From Campylobacterota bacterium (lineage in GTDB: Bacteria > Campylobacterota > Campylobacteria > Campylobacterales > Sulfurimonadaceae): a stretch of DNA of 14,085 bases. This document shows, in pieces, positions 1-7,523 of this stretch (position 1 is its first letter; each line of letters opens with the position of its first letter). The stretch is taken from assembly GCA_034661055.1 (NCBI GenBank), contig JAYEKO010000053.1, positions 1 through 14,085 of the forward strand, read 5' to 3'. The notes below the pieces were generated by a model. It saw only the letters and a program-made list of their open reading frames with translations. It made no database searches and had not been told where the DNA came from. A program made the position numbers and the translations under genes.

Positions 1-1
1 A

Positions 2-127
2 GCTCCTTCACTAATGTTTAGAATAGAGAATGATTATAAACCAACTGCAAGAATCTATTTAAGTCTAGGTCTTGTATTTGGACAGAGTTATTACCATGAT
101 AGTAGAAAATTTTATAATGATTATTAA
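2..127 (+). CDS. 3' end of an upstream gene, truncated by the window edge; product unknown
   Basis: Frame 2 is open from the window start (APSLMFRIENDYKPTARIYLSLGLVFGQSYYHDSRKFYNDY) to TAA at 125-127. The fragment is too short to assign a family. Confidence 0.45.
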   Translation, partial: APSLMFRIENDYKPTARIYLSLGLVFGQSYYHDSRKFYNDY

Positions 128-148
128 ATAAAATGTTAAAATACCCTA

Positions 149-162
149 ATGGGTACCTCTAA
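149..162 (+). repeat. Intergenic 14-mer ATGGGTACCTCTAA, copy 1
   Basis: 13/14 identical to 8817-8830. Both copies are intergenic. Confidence 0.5.
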
Positions 163-181
163 TACATAAAAAAGGTCAATT

Positions 182-1069
182 ATGCGTTTAGAAAAGAGAG
201 CAACGGTGGTATCAACATCAGTTGCAACACTATTGGTTATTATTAAGATGGTTATTGGAATTATGAGTGGTTCAGTTGCAGTTCTTGCTTCTGCAATTGA
301 CTCGTTTTTAGATTTATGTGTCTCTATTTTTAACTTTTTTGCACTCCACACCTCTGAGAAAAAAGCAGATGATCAGTTTAATTTTGGTCGCAGTAAAATT
401 GAGCCTTTGGCATCAGTAATTGAGGGAACAATTATCTCAATCTCTGGGCTTTTTATTTTTTATGAAGCGATGGTTAAAATAATTCACACACGAGAGACAG
501 AATACCTTAATGCATCTATTGGAGTTATGATTGTCTCTATTGTTCTTACGGCGGCATTAGTTATGTACCTAAACTATGTTGCTAAGAAAACTGATAACAT
601 GGTCATACGAGCCGATGCACTGCACTATAAGACCGATCTCTACACTAACGCTGCTATTCTTTTAGCTCTTGTGCTAATCTCATATACATCCCTTGGCATT
701 ATTGACCCTCTTTTAGGTATTGCAATCGCAATCTATATGATCTACTCTGCTTACCCAATTATTAAAGAGGGTATCTTGATGCTTCTAGATGCTGCACTTG
801 AAGAGGAAGATGTCAACAAGATTATAGACCTGCTGAAAAATGAGAAACGAATTACCGATTATCATTTCTTGAAAACGCGAGTATCAGGTTCTGAAATTTT
901 CATTTCCGTACATGTAGTTTTTACAGTAAGTATTTTACTCTATGATGCGCACCATATTAGTGATGATATTGAACTGGAAATAGATAACTTATTTCCAGAT
1001 AAAGATGTTCACTCTATTATTCACCTTGATCCATATGATGACTCAGAAATCAATGAGGATGAGTACTAA
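182..1069 (+). CDS. fieF: Cation diffusion facilitator (FieF/YiiP-type Fe/Zn/Cd exporter)
   Basis: 295 aa with about 6 hydrophobic segments. CDF signature SGSVAVLASAIDSFLD, transport-site motifs DxxxD (TM2) and HYKTD (TM5), C-terminal AHHISD and IHLDP. AAGG lies upstream of the ATG. Confidence 0.88.
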   Translation: MRLEKRATVVSTSVATLLVIIKMVIGIMSGSVAVLASAIDSFLDLCVSIFNFFALHTSEKKADDQFNFGRSKIEPLASVIEGTIISISGLFIFYEAMVKIIHTRETEYLNASIGVMIVSIVLTAALVMYLNYVAKKTDNMVIRADALHYKTDLYTNAAILLALVLISYTSLGIIDPLLGIAIAIYMIYSAYPIIKEGILMLLDAALEEEDVNKIIDLLKNEKRITDYHFLKTRVSGSEIFISVHVVFTVSILLYDAHHISDDIELEIDNLFPDKDVHSIIHLDPYDDSEINEDEY

Positions 1070-1076
1070 GATTTCA

Positions 1077-2813
1077 TTATGAAGCAAATCCACTCTTAAA
1101 GCCACACCCTTTTTTTACTACTATCTCTTTTTGCTTCTCTTTACGTCTTGTGTCTTTCTCTACAAAAATTTTCTTGCGAGTCTTTGGGTCAAGTTCAGTG
1201 TAGTACATTACCGCAGAGTAAGTACTTGGCGTTGGTGTAAAGACCTGAGCTTGCTCTGGATTCATCTTAAGTTCATGGGTAGTAAACTGCTTAAGAGCAT
1301 GCATATCTTTCTCTTGGCATCCAGGATGAGCAGCAATTAAATAGTAAGTCAAAAACTGCTTCTTGCCCTCTTCTTTGTTTAATCGATCATACATCTTCTT
1401 AAAATCAATAAGAGTCTGTTTTCCCGGTTTTCCCATAAGCTCAAGTACTCTCTGCTCAGTATGTTCAGGTGCTACTTTCATCTGCCCTGAAATGTGGTGT
1501 TTCACCATCTCTTTTAAGTAGGAGTAGCCGTGCTGTTTATCGGCAGTAATAAAATCATATCTCACTCCAGATGCTACAAAAGCTTTACGAACACCTGGAA
1601 CTTCTCGAATTTTACGCAACAAGTTAATGTTACGGCTATGGTCAACATGCATCACCTTACATAGACGTTCAGCATCAACACAACGCATATGGTCACACAC
1701 CCCTTTTTTAAGTTTTTTATCACACTCATAACCGTACATATTGGCTGTTGGTCCGCCAACATCAGCAATAATACCTTTAAAGTCTTTGTATTGCGTGAAC
1801 TCTTTGACCTCTTTTAAGATAGATTTTTCAGAACGGGTACGAATAGTCTGCCCTTGATGTACTCCAATAGCACAGAAGTTACATTCACCCCAGCACCCTT
1901 GATGAGTTGCGATGGAGAACTTAATAGTCTCGAGACATTTAACTTTACCATCTTTGGTATAATGTGGGTGCAACTCACGTGTAAATGGCAGTGCGGCAAT
2001 GGCGTCCATCTCATTTTCATTGAGGTAATCACACGGCGGATTTTGAATTAAAAAACGTCCATCGACCTCTTGGCAGAGTCCTTTGGCTGTAATAGGGTCA
2101 TTATTTATGTAAAAGCTGTCAAAAAGATCAATATATTTCTCTTTATCTTTAAGACACTGGGCATGCGATGGAAGCTGTTCGTAATCATAGTTTGGCTCTT
2201 TGGAGATGTAGCTTACTCCTCGTACATCTCTAAAGTCACGACCATCATCAAGAGCTTTTGTTAACTGCTCAATCGCTATTTCACCCATTCCGTAAATTAA
2301 AATATCAGCCTTAGCATCAAAAATAATAGGTTTACGCAATTTATTTGACCAGTAGTCATAGTGGGTAATGCGGCGTAAACTAGCTTCAATGCCACCTAAA
2401 ACAAGCGGTACTGTATTTTTGTAAAAACGTCTAATAAGATTACAGTAAACTAGTGTTGCACGGTCTGGTCTTTTGTTATTTTTACCACCTGGAGTATAGT
2501 CATCAGAGTTTCTAAATTTTTTTGTTGCGGTGTAGTTTGAGACCATGGAATCTACGCTTCCACCACTCACGCCCCAATAAAGACGAGGTTCTCCTAAACG
2601 GGTAATATCCACATCACTATTAACATCAGGCTGGCCAATAACTCCAACCTTGTATCCCCAACTCTCAAGCATTCTTCCTACGGCAGCAACACCCATGTAT
2701 GGAGAATCAATGTAAGCATCACCAGTCACCAATACAACATCACACTGTTTCCAGCCTAGAGCTTCCATCTCCTCTTTCGTTGACGGTAAAAAACGGTTTT
2801 TTTGAGGTCTCAT
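1077..2813 (-). CDS. ygiQ: YgiQ family (UPF0313) radical SAM protein
   Basis: N-terminal FLP...GW..CDVVLVTGDAYIDSP, GGIEASLRR.THYDYWS, CxxxCxxC (CWGECNFC), DVGGPTANMY, SGVRYD, KVAPEH, YLIAAHPG and QVFTPTP, all typical of YgiQ. Confidence 0.93.
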   Translation of the reverse strand: MRPQKNRFLPSTKEEMEALGWKQCDVVLVTGDAYIDSPYMGVAAVGRMLESWGYKVGVIGQPDVNSDVDITRLGEPRLYWGVSGGSVDSMVSNYTATKKFRNSDDYTPGGKNNKRPDRATLVYCNLIRRFYKNTVPLVLGGIEASLRRITHYDYWSNKLRKPIIFDAKADILIYGMGEIAIEQLTKALDDGRDFRDVRGVSYISKEPNYDYEQLPSHAQCLKDKEKYIDLFDSFYINNDPITAKGLCQEVDGRFLIQNPPCDYLNENEMDAIAALPFTRELHPHYTKDGKVKCLETIKFSIATHQGCWGECNFCAIGVHQGQTIRTRSEKSILKEVKEFTQYKDFKGIIADVGGPTANMYGYECDKKLKKGVCDHMRCVDAERLCKVMHVDHSRNINLLRKIREVPGVRKAFVASGVRYDFITADKQHGYSYLKEMVKHHISGQMKVAPEHTEQRVLELMGKPGKQTLIDFKKMYDRLNKEEGKKQFLTYYLIAAHPGCQEKDMHALKQFTTHELKMNPEQAQVFTPTPSTYSAVMYYTELDPKTRKKIFVEKDTRRKEKQKEIVVKKGCGFKSGFAS

Positions 2814-3361
2814 TTTTTTCTTGCTACCAAAGATGCAATTTTTACTTTCTCACCACGAAGATTAATATCTACTTTCTCTTCATAACAGATTACTTCAAAA
2901 TCTCTAAACATCTCTAAAAGCTCATTTACATGTAAATGATAACTCTCGTTACTTGGCATGTGGAACTCCTCTCCATTAGCTTCTACAAAAGTCTCAAACA
3001 AGATAATACCGTCTATATTTAAGGCTTTTTTTATTTGAGTAATCAAAGCTCTATCAAGAAAATTGCAGTTTATGATTAAGTCATAACCCTCCTCTAGTTC
3101 GTACACATCAAGGTCAGCACAGACAGCACGTATGTTCTCTCTGTTTTCTAAATACGAGAGTGCAGTATCAGAAATATCAACTGCATCTACTTTAAAGCCC
3201 TGCTCTGCTAAGAACATTGAGTTACGTCCTGGACCACTTGCAATATCTAAAGCACGGCCTACCTTAGCATGACCAATATGATTTTTTAAGATTTTACTAA
3301 CATGAGACGGCATCGGAAAATTTTCATATTTATAGTTCCATCGCTCTTTATCTTTTAGCAT
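2810..3361 (-). CDS. Class I SAM-dependent methyltransferase (TehB-like)
   Basis: Motif I ALDIASGPGRNS followed by FLAEQGFKVDAVDIS and YDLII. Its stop overlaps the ygiQ start by 4 bp (ATGA). Confidence 0.82.
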   Translation of the reverse strand: MLKDKERWNYKYENFPMPSHVSKILKNHIGHAKVGRALDIASGPGRNSMFLAEQGFKVDAVDISDTALSYLENRENIRAVCADLDVYELEEGYDLIINCNFLDRALITQIKKALNIDGIILFETFVEANGEEFHMPSNESYHLHVNELLEMFRDFEVICYEEKVDINLRGEKVKIASLVARKK

Positions 3362-4050
3362 TTGCTCTCTTTTTTAAATATAAGTATGATTTTATCATCA
3401 ACATCATAAAGTGATAGAGGATGATCTTCTACTAGTTTTAAAGAACCGTTATTTTTTAAACTCTCCAAGTTATAGTAGTACTGCTCAATAATCTCTTGTG
3501 ATTTTTCATAATGTCCATCATTACATTTCTCAAAAAGTGTAAATTCTGTGTAGAGTTTCTCCTCTTCATACTGTGCATTGACATTTAAGAACATCATCTC
3601 ATCTTCAGCGCACATCACTCCCTCAGCAACCTCACTAAAGCCAGACTCAGAGTTAATATCTGCAATAAAAACGCCACCCTCTTCTAAGACATTAGATATA
3701 CATGTAAAAAAGCTTTTTATCTCATTTTTGGGAATAAAGTTAAGAACATCAAAGACAGCTGTAGCCGCTTTAAAAGTCCCTCTCACTTCACAAATATTTT
3801 TACATGTAACGTTTAGACCACTTTTAAGAGCCTCCTCAATCATAAGCTCTGAGAGATCAATTCCCTCTGTCTTAATATTTAAAGCATTTAGTTTTTTCAT
3901 TAAACCGCCACGACCACACCCAATATCAAGAACAGAATTTATCTTCTCATCTTCTAGCAAAGTCACAAAAATAGAGTGCAAAATCTCCGTAGACTCTTCA
4001 ATTCCCAATAGATGCTCACTCTTGGCATATATATCTAACTCTTTACTCAC
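3355..4050 (-). CDS. Class I SAM-dependent methyltransferase
   Basis: Motif I VLDIGCGRG, GIDLSELMI, FDVLNFI and LEEGGVFIAD. GTG start overlaps the upstream stop by 8 bp, and its stop overlaps the next gene by 7 bp. Confidence 0.85.
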   Translation of the reverse strand: MSKELDIYAKSEHLLGIEESTEILHSIFVTLLEDEKINSVLDIGCGRGGLMKKLNALNIKTEGIDLSELMIEEALKSGLNVTCKNICEVRGTFKAATAVFDVLNFIPKNEIKSFFTCISNVLEEGGVFIADINSESGFSEVAEGVMCAEDEMMFLNVNAQYEEEKLYTEFTLFEKCNDGHYEKSQEIIEQYYYNLESLKNNGSLKLVEDHPLSLYDVDDKIILIFKKESKC

Positions 4051-6553
4051 TGTTTCTCTCTTGTAAAATCTGTATCATATTATCATGTGTTTGAGGTTTA
4101 CAGAAGTAGAACCCCTGCCCAAGTTCACAACCACTCTCACGCAAGAACACCTCTTGTTCTTGATTCTCAATACCCTCAGCAGTATTACTGTAACCTAAAT
4201 TTTTAGAGAGTGCAATAATTGCTTTGGTAATAGAAGCATCGTTGATACTATCAGGTACGTCATCAATAAAAGATTTATCGATCTTAAGTTCATCAATTGG
4301 GAAACGCTTAAGATAACTAATTGATGAGTGACCCGTACCAAAATCATCAATTGAAATATTAAAACCAGCATCTTTAAATTCATTTAAAATTTGTATGCCA
4401 AGTTCAATATTTTTCATGACATGCCCTTCAGTAATCTCTAAAACAATATGACAAGTCTCAAGCCCTACCTCACCACATATAGTAAGAAATGTATTTAAAA
4501 TATCTTTTTGGTAGAGCTGCACAGGTGATACATTAATAGCCATAAACTTGCATGTTGTAGCATGTTTTTGAAACTCTAAGAAATGTTCACAAGCAGTTCT
4601 AAATACAAATGCTCCAATATCTAGTATCATTTCCATCTCTTCTGCAATAGGAATGAATTTATCAGGAGGAACGGCTCCAAGCATACTGTTACTCCATCTA
4701 CACAGCGCCTCAAAGCCTACAATCTGTTTACTAGTAAGCATATATTTTGGTTGGTACACAACAGATATCTCACTATTTAAGAGTGAGTTTTTAAGAGCCT
4801 GCTCTAAGTTTAGACGGTTGTGAACATCAACTGAGAGTGATTTTTCATAATACGCATACCTATTTTTACCACTCTCTTTAGCCTTATACATAGCGACATC
4901 GGCGTGCTTAAGAAGTGATTGATAATCCTTGGCATCATCAGGAAAAATTGCCACCCCAATACTTATAGTAACATTTAATATGTGATTTTTAGTCTTAATG
5001 GGTTGCGAAAAAAGGTCTAAAAGCTTTTGGGCTACTTGGGCAGTAGAGTAGTCATCACTAACTGGTTCAACAATTACAGTAAATTCGTCACCACCAATAC
5101 GAGCCAACATATCTGAGTCTCTAAGCACCTGTTTCATTCGCAAAGCACTCTGAACTAAAAGCTCATCACCAACGTCATGCCCTAATGTATCATTAATAGT
5201 TTTGAAACGATCTAAATCAATAAAAAATAGGGCTATCTTATCAGCGCTTCTCCTTGCTACATTAAGACGTTGCGTTAAATACTCCTCCATATTCATTCGA
5301 TTTGGCAAGGAGGTTAACGTATCATGATAAGCCAAATGCTTGATCTCATTCTGTTTTTTTATGTAATCGGTTATGTTGAGCTTAATAGCCAAGTAGCTAA
5401 CAAGTTCATTATGAATAAAAATTGGTGAAATAGCTGCTTTTTCATAAAATAGTGATCCGTCTTTGCGTTTATTGACAAACTCACCTTCCCATTTTTCGCC
5501 TTTTTCTAAAGTGTCATGAAGATTATCATAAAATGACTGTGGGGCTTGGTCTGATTTTAAAATACGTGGATTCTGTCCTATAGCCTCTTCTTGTGTGTAG
5601 CCTGTCTCTTTCTCAAAAACGTCATTAACGTAGGTAATATGTTTTTGCGCATCTGTAATAACGATGGAGTTGTCACTGTTTTCAACTGCAGTTTTAAAGC
5701 CAAGAAGTTCATCTTTAATTTTTAGAGAGCGTCGATACATTACTAAAAGTACTAATAAAATTACTATTGCAATTACAAAAAGAGCTGTGGTTATACTTTT
5801 TTTAATCAGTAAACTCTTCTTATAGTAAGCATCTAAAAAATGATCTAACGCTACTAATGTCCTGTGTAAATCAGGTTTATATACAGACTTTTCAACCGAC
5901 TCAAGAACTTTAATATGCTCAAGATTGCGTCCAATATGTGTCAAAAATATCTTTAGCTCTATACTCCTGTATTCATTTAGTAGTGATTGCAAAATACTAA
6001 TATTTTTATTTAAATAGTAGGTATCAATATAGTTGTTGACATAAAACTTAATCATAACCAAAAGAGTATGATTTACTAAGGCAATATCTTTTTCATCTAG
6101 GGTGCTTTTTTGTGCGATTACATCATTAAGGTCGAAAAGATAGTGAATTGAGTTTAAAAGAGAAGCATTTCTAGATTTAAAAAGCTCAATGTTATCTCGC
6201 TTGAGATTGTACTCTTGCTTTACTTCAGCAAGAAGTGATTTGTATTCCCTACCAAAAAATGCCGAACTTGCTTCCATATCTAAAAACTCAACTTTATCTT
6301 CAAACTGCTCAATATGCCCATTAATGTCATCATAATTAATAAAAGAGGCTTTTTGTAGCAGAAAGTTGTCAAAGCCCTTATCTAAAATTTTCAGCTCACT
6401 CATTGCATTATGATACATATCGTATTCTACAATATTGTTATTGACCTTAACTAGATAGGCATACAAAGAGAATAAAAATAGAGTGAAAAAGAGCAGCAAT
6501 GATGTTATAGGATCAAAAAACCTTCGGTACCTAATTATTTTACTTTTTTTCAT
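4043..6553 (-). CDS. Membrane-bound diguanylate cyclase/phosphodiesterase: TM - periplasmic DAHL-like domain - TM - PAS - GGDEF - EAL
   Basis: Two TM helices (about aa 17-35 and 254-274) flank a ~215 aa helical domain with FKSRNASLLNSIHYL. PAS segment NPRILKS...VNKRKDG. GGDEF domain has DTLTSLPNR, FKTINDTLGH and GGDEF. EAL domain has FEALCRW, NVS, EITE, DDFGTGHSS, KID, EGIE and QG. Confidence 0.93.
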   Translation of the reverse strand: MKKSKIIRYRRFFDPITSLLLFFTLFLFSLYAYLVKVNNNIVEYDMYHNAMSELKILDKGFDNFLLQKASFINYDDINGHIEQFEDKVEFLDMEASSAFFGREYKSLLAEVKQEYNLKRDNIELFKSRNASLLNSIHYLFDLNDVIAQKSTLDEKDIALVNHTLLVMIKFYVNNYIDTYYLNKNISILQSLLNEYRSIELKIFLTHIGRNLEHIKVLESVEKSVYKPDLHRTLVALDHFLDAYYKKSLLIKKSITTALFVIAIVILLVLLVMYRRSLKIKDELLGFKTAVENSDNSIVITDAQKHITYVNDVFEKETGYTQEEAIGQNPRILKSDQAPQSFYDNLHDTLEKGEKWEGEFVNKRKDGSLFYEKAAISPIFIHNELVSYLAIKLNITDYIKKQNEIKHLAYHDTLTSLPNRMNMEEYLTQRLNVARRSADKIALFFIDLDRFKTINDTLGHDVGDELLVQSALRMKQVLRDSDMLARIGGDEFTVIVEPVSDDYSTAQVAQKLLDLFSQPIKTKNHILNVTISIGVAIFPDDAKDYQSLLKHADVAMYKAKESGKNRYAYYEKSLSVDVHNRLNLEQALKNSLLNSEISVVYQPKYMLTSKQIVGFEALCRWSNSMLGAVPPDKFIPIAEEMEMILDIGAFVFRTACEHFLEFQKHATTCKFMAINVSPVQLYQKDILNTFLTICGEVGLETCHIVLEITEGHVMKNIELGIQILNEFKDAGFNISIDDFGTGHSSISYLKRFPIDELKIDKSFIDDVPDSINDASITKAIIALSKNLGYSNTAEGIENQEQEVFLRESGCELGQGFYFCKPQTHDNMIQILQERNSE

Positions 6554-6558
6554 CAGTT

Positions 6559-7464
6559 CTACTTAAGTGAAGCAGGAATCTCACCTGTCAATGCATGTAA
6601 AAATCGTACCACTTTAACGACTTCCTCATCTGTGATAGTGCGTCCTAACTGATAGTGTGCCATAAATTTCACCACATCTTCTAGTTTTTCAAAACGACCA
6701 TCATGCAAATAGGGTGCTGTATGCTCAATGTTACGAAGCGAAGGAACTTTAAAATAGTACTTGTCACGCTCTTTTTTTGTCACTTCATAGCGTCCTAAAC
6801 GCTTAGACTCTGCATCTCTCATAACACCAAACTTATTATATAGATTTCCACCAATATTTATTCCGTGATGACATGCGATGCAGCCTTTTGACTTAAAGAT
6901 CTCATAGCCCTCTTTTTGCTGCTGTGTTATTGCCGAGTCATCTCCTTGTAAATAGTTATCAAAAGGAGCATTTGGCGTAATCAATGTTTTTTCAAATTCA
7001 GCTATTGCATCAACAATATTTTTCTTTGTGATGCCGTCACTGTAAATTTTAGAGAACTTTTTATTGTAATGAGAACTCTTTAAAATTGGCACTAATATCT
7101 TAAAATCATGCCCCATCTCAACAGGGTTTTCTACTGGACCTTCTGCCTGTTGGGCAAGATCACGTGCGCGTCCATTCCAAAATTGACGAAAATTAAACAC
7201 TGCATTATAGACTGTTGGAGAATTAATATCACCCTCTTTTCCATCAACACCAAAAGAGAACTTCAGACCGTCATCACCACCATTATTGAGATCATGACAA
7301 CTCGCACAAGAGATGGTATTGTCTTTTGAAAGCAGTGTTTCAAAGAAAAGCAATTTCCCCAGATCTGCTTTTTTAGTATTTACATGTATTTTTTTAGGAA
7401 TAGGAGAGATAGGTTCTGCATAAAGAATAGGTAATAGAAGTAAAAAAATGGTGACTATTTTCAT
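6559..7464 (-). CDS. Di-haem cytochrome c peroxidase family (bCcP/MauG superfamily) periplasmic protein
   Basis: Sec-type signal peptide (MKIVTIFLLLLPILYA), two CxxCH motifs (CASCH, CIACH), NSPTVYNAVFNFRQFWNGRA, QAEGP..NPVEM, FKVPSLRNIEHTAPYLHDG, and a Met at the second-haem ligand position (VKFMAHYQLG). Confidence 0.92.
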   Translation of the reverse strand: MKIVTIFLLLLPILYAEPISPIPKKIHVNTKKADLGKLLFFETLLSKDNTISCASCHDLNNGGDDGLKFSFGVDGKEGDINSPTVYNAVFNFRQFWNGRARDLAQQAEGPVENPVEMGHDFKILVPILKSSHYNKKFSKIYSDGITKKNIVDAIAEFEKTLITPNAPFDNYLQGDDSAITQQQKEGYEIFKSKGCIACHHGINIGGNLYNKFGVMRDAESKRLGRYEVTKKERDKYYFKVPSLRNIEHTAPYLHDGRFEKLEDVVKFMAHYQLGRTITDEEVVKVVRFLHALTGEIPASLK

Positions 7465-7504
7465 TTAGCTTAAACTTTTAATTGTGATTTTATATTGTAC
7501 AACA

Positions 7505-7510
7505 ATTATA
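7505..7510 (-). promoter_or_regulatory. Candidate sigma70 -10 box (TATAAT) for the peroxidase/c-di-GMP operon
   Basis: Perfect TATAAT on the minus strand about 40 bp upstream of the ATG at 7464, preceded by a T-tract, in a 59 bp intergenic gap. AT-rich DNA makes chance matches plausible. Confidence 0.45.
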
Positions 7511-7523
7511 TTAAAAAATTGAT

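Noticed and set aside
136..351. 71 aa minus-strand ORF
   Set aside because: Mostly antisense to the CDF gene, with no recognisable motifs.
1131..2917. Short ORFs 1131-1340, 1814-2032, 1854-2051, 2070-2264 and 2699-2917
   Set aside because: Shadow or alternative-frame ORFs inside ygiQ and the adjacent methyltransferase.
3578..4383. 162 aa + ORF (3578-4066) and 62 aa - ORF (4195-4383)
   Set aside because: Antisense to the methyltransferase, or out of frame within the EAL domain. The Ser/Ile/Phe-rich composition of the longer one is typical of antisense frames.
7108..7329. 73 aa + ORF
   Set aside because: Antisense to the peroxidase gene.
6544..7448. A7/T7 tracts near the starts of the GGDEF/EAL and peroxidase genes as phase-variation sites
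   Set aside because: Seven-base A/T runs occur repeatedly in this AT-rich window, the frames are intact, and no long poly-G/C tract is present.
7494..7506. TTGTACAA / ATTGT-N3-ACAAT palindrome upstream of the peroxidase gene
   Set aside because: Short and AT-rich, and not matched to a regulator consensus I can name with confidence.
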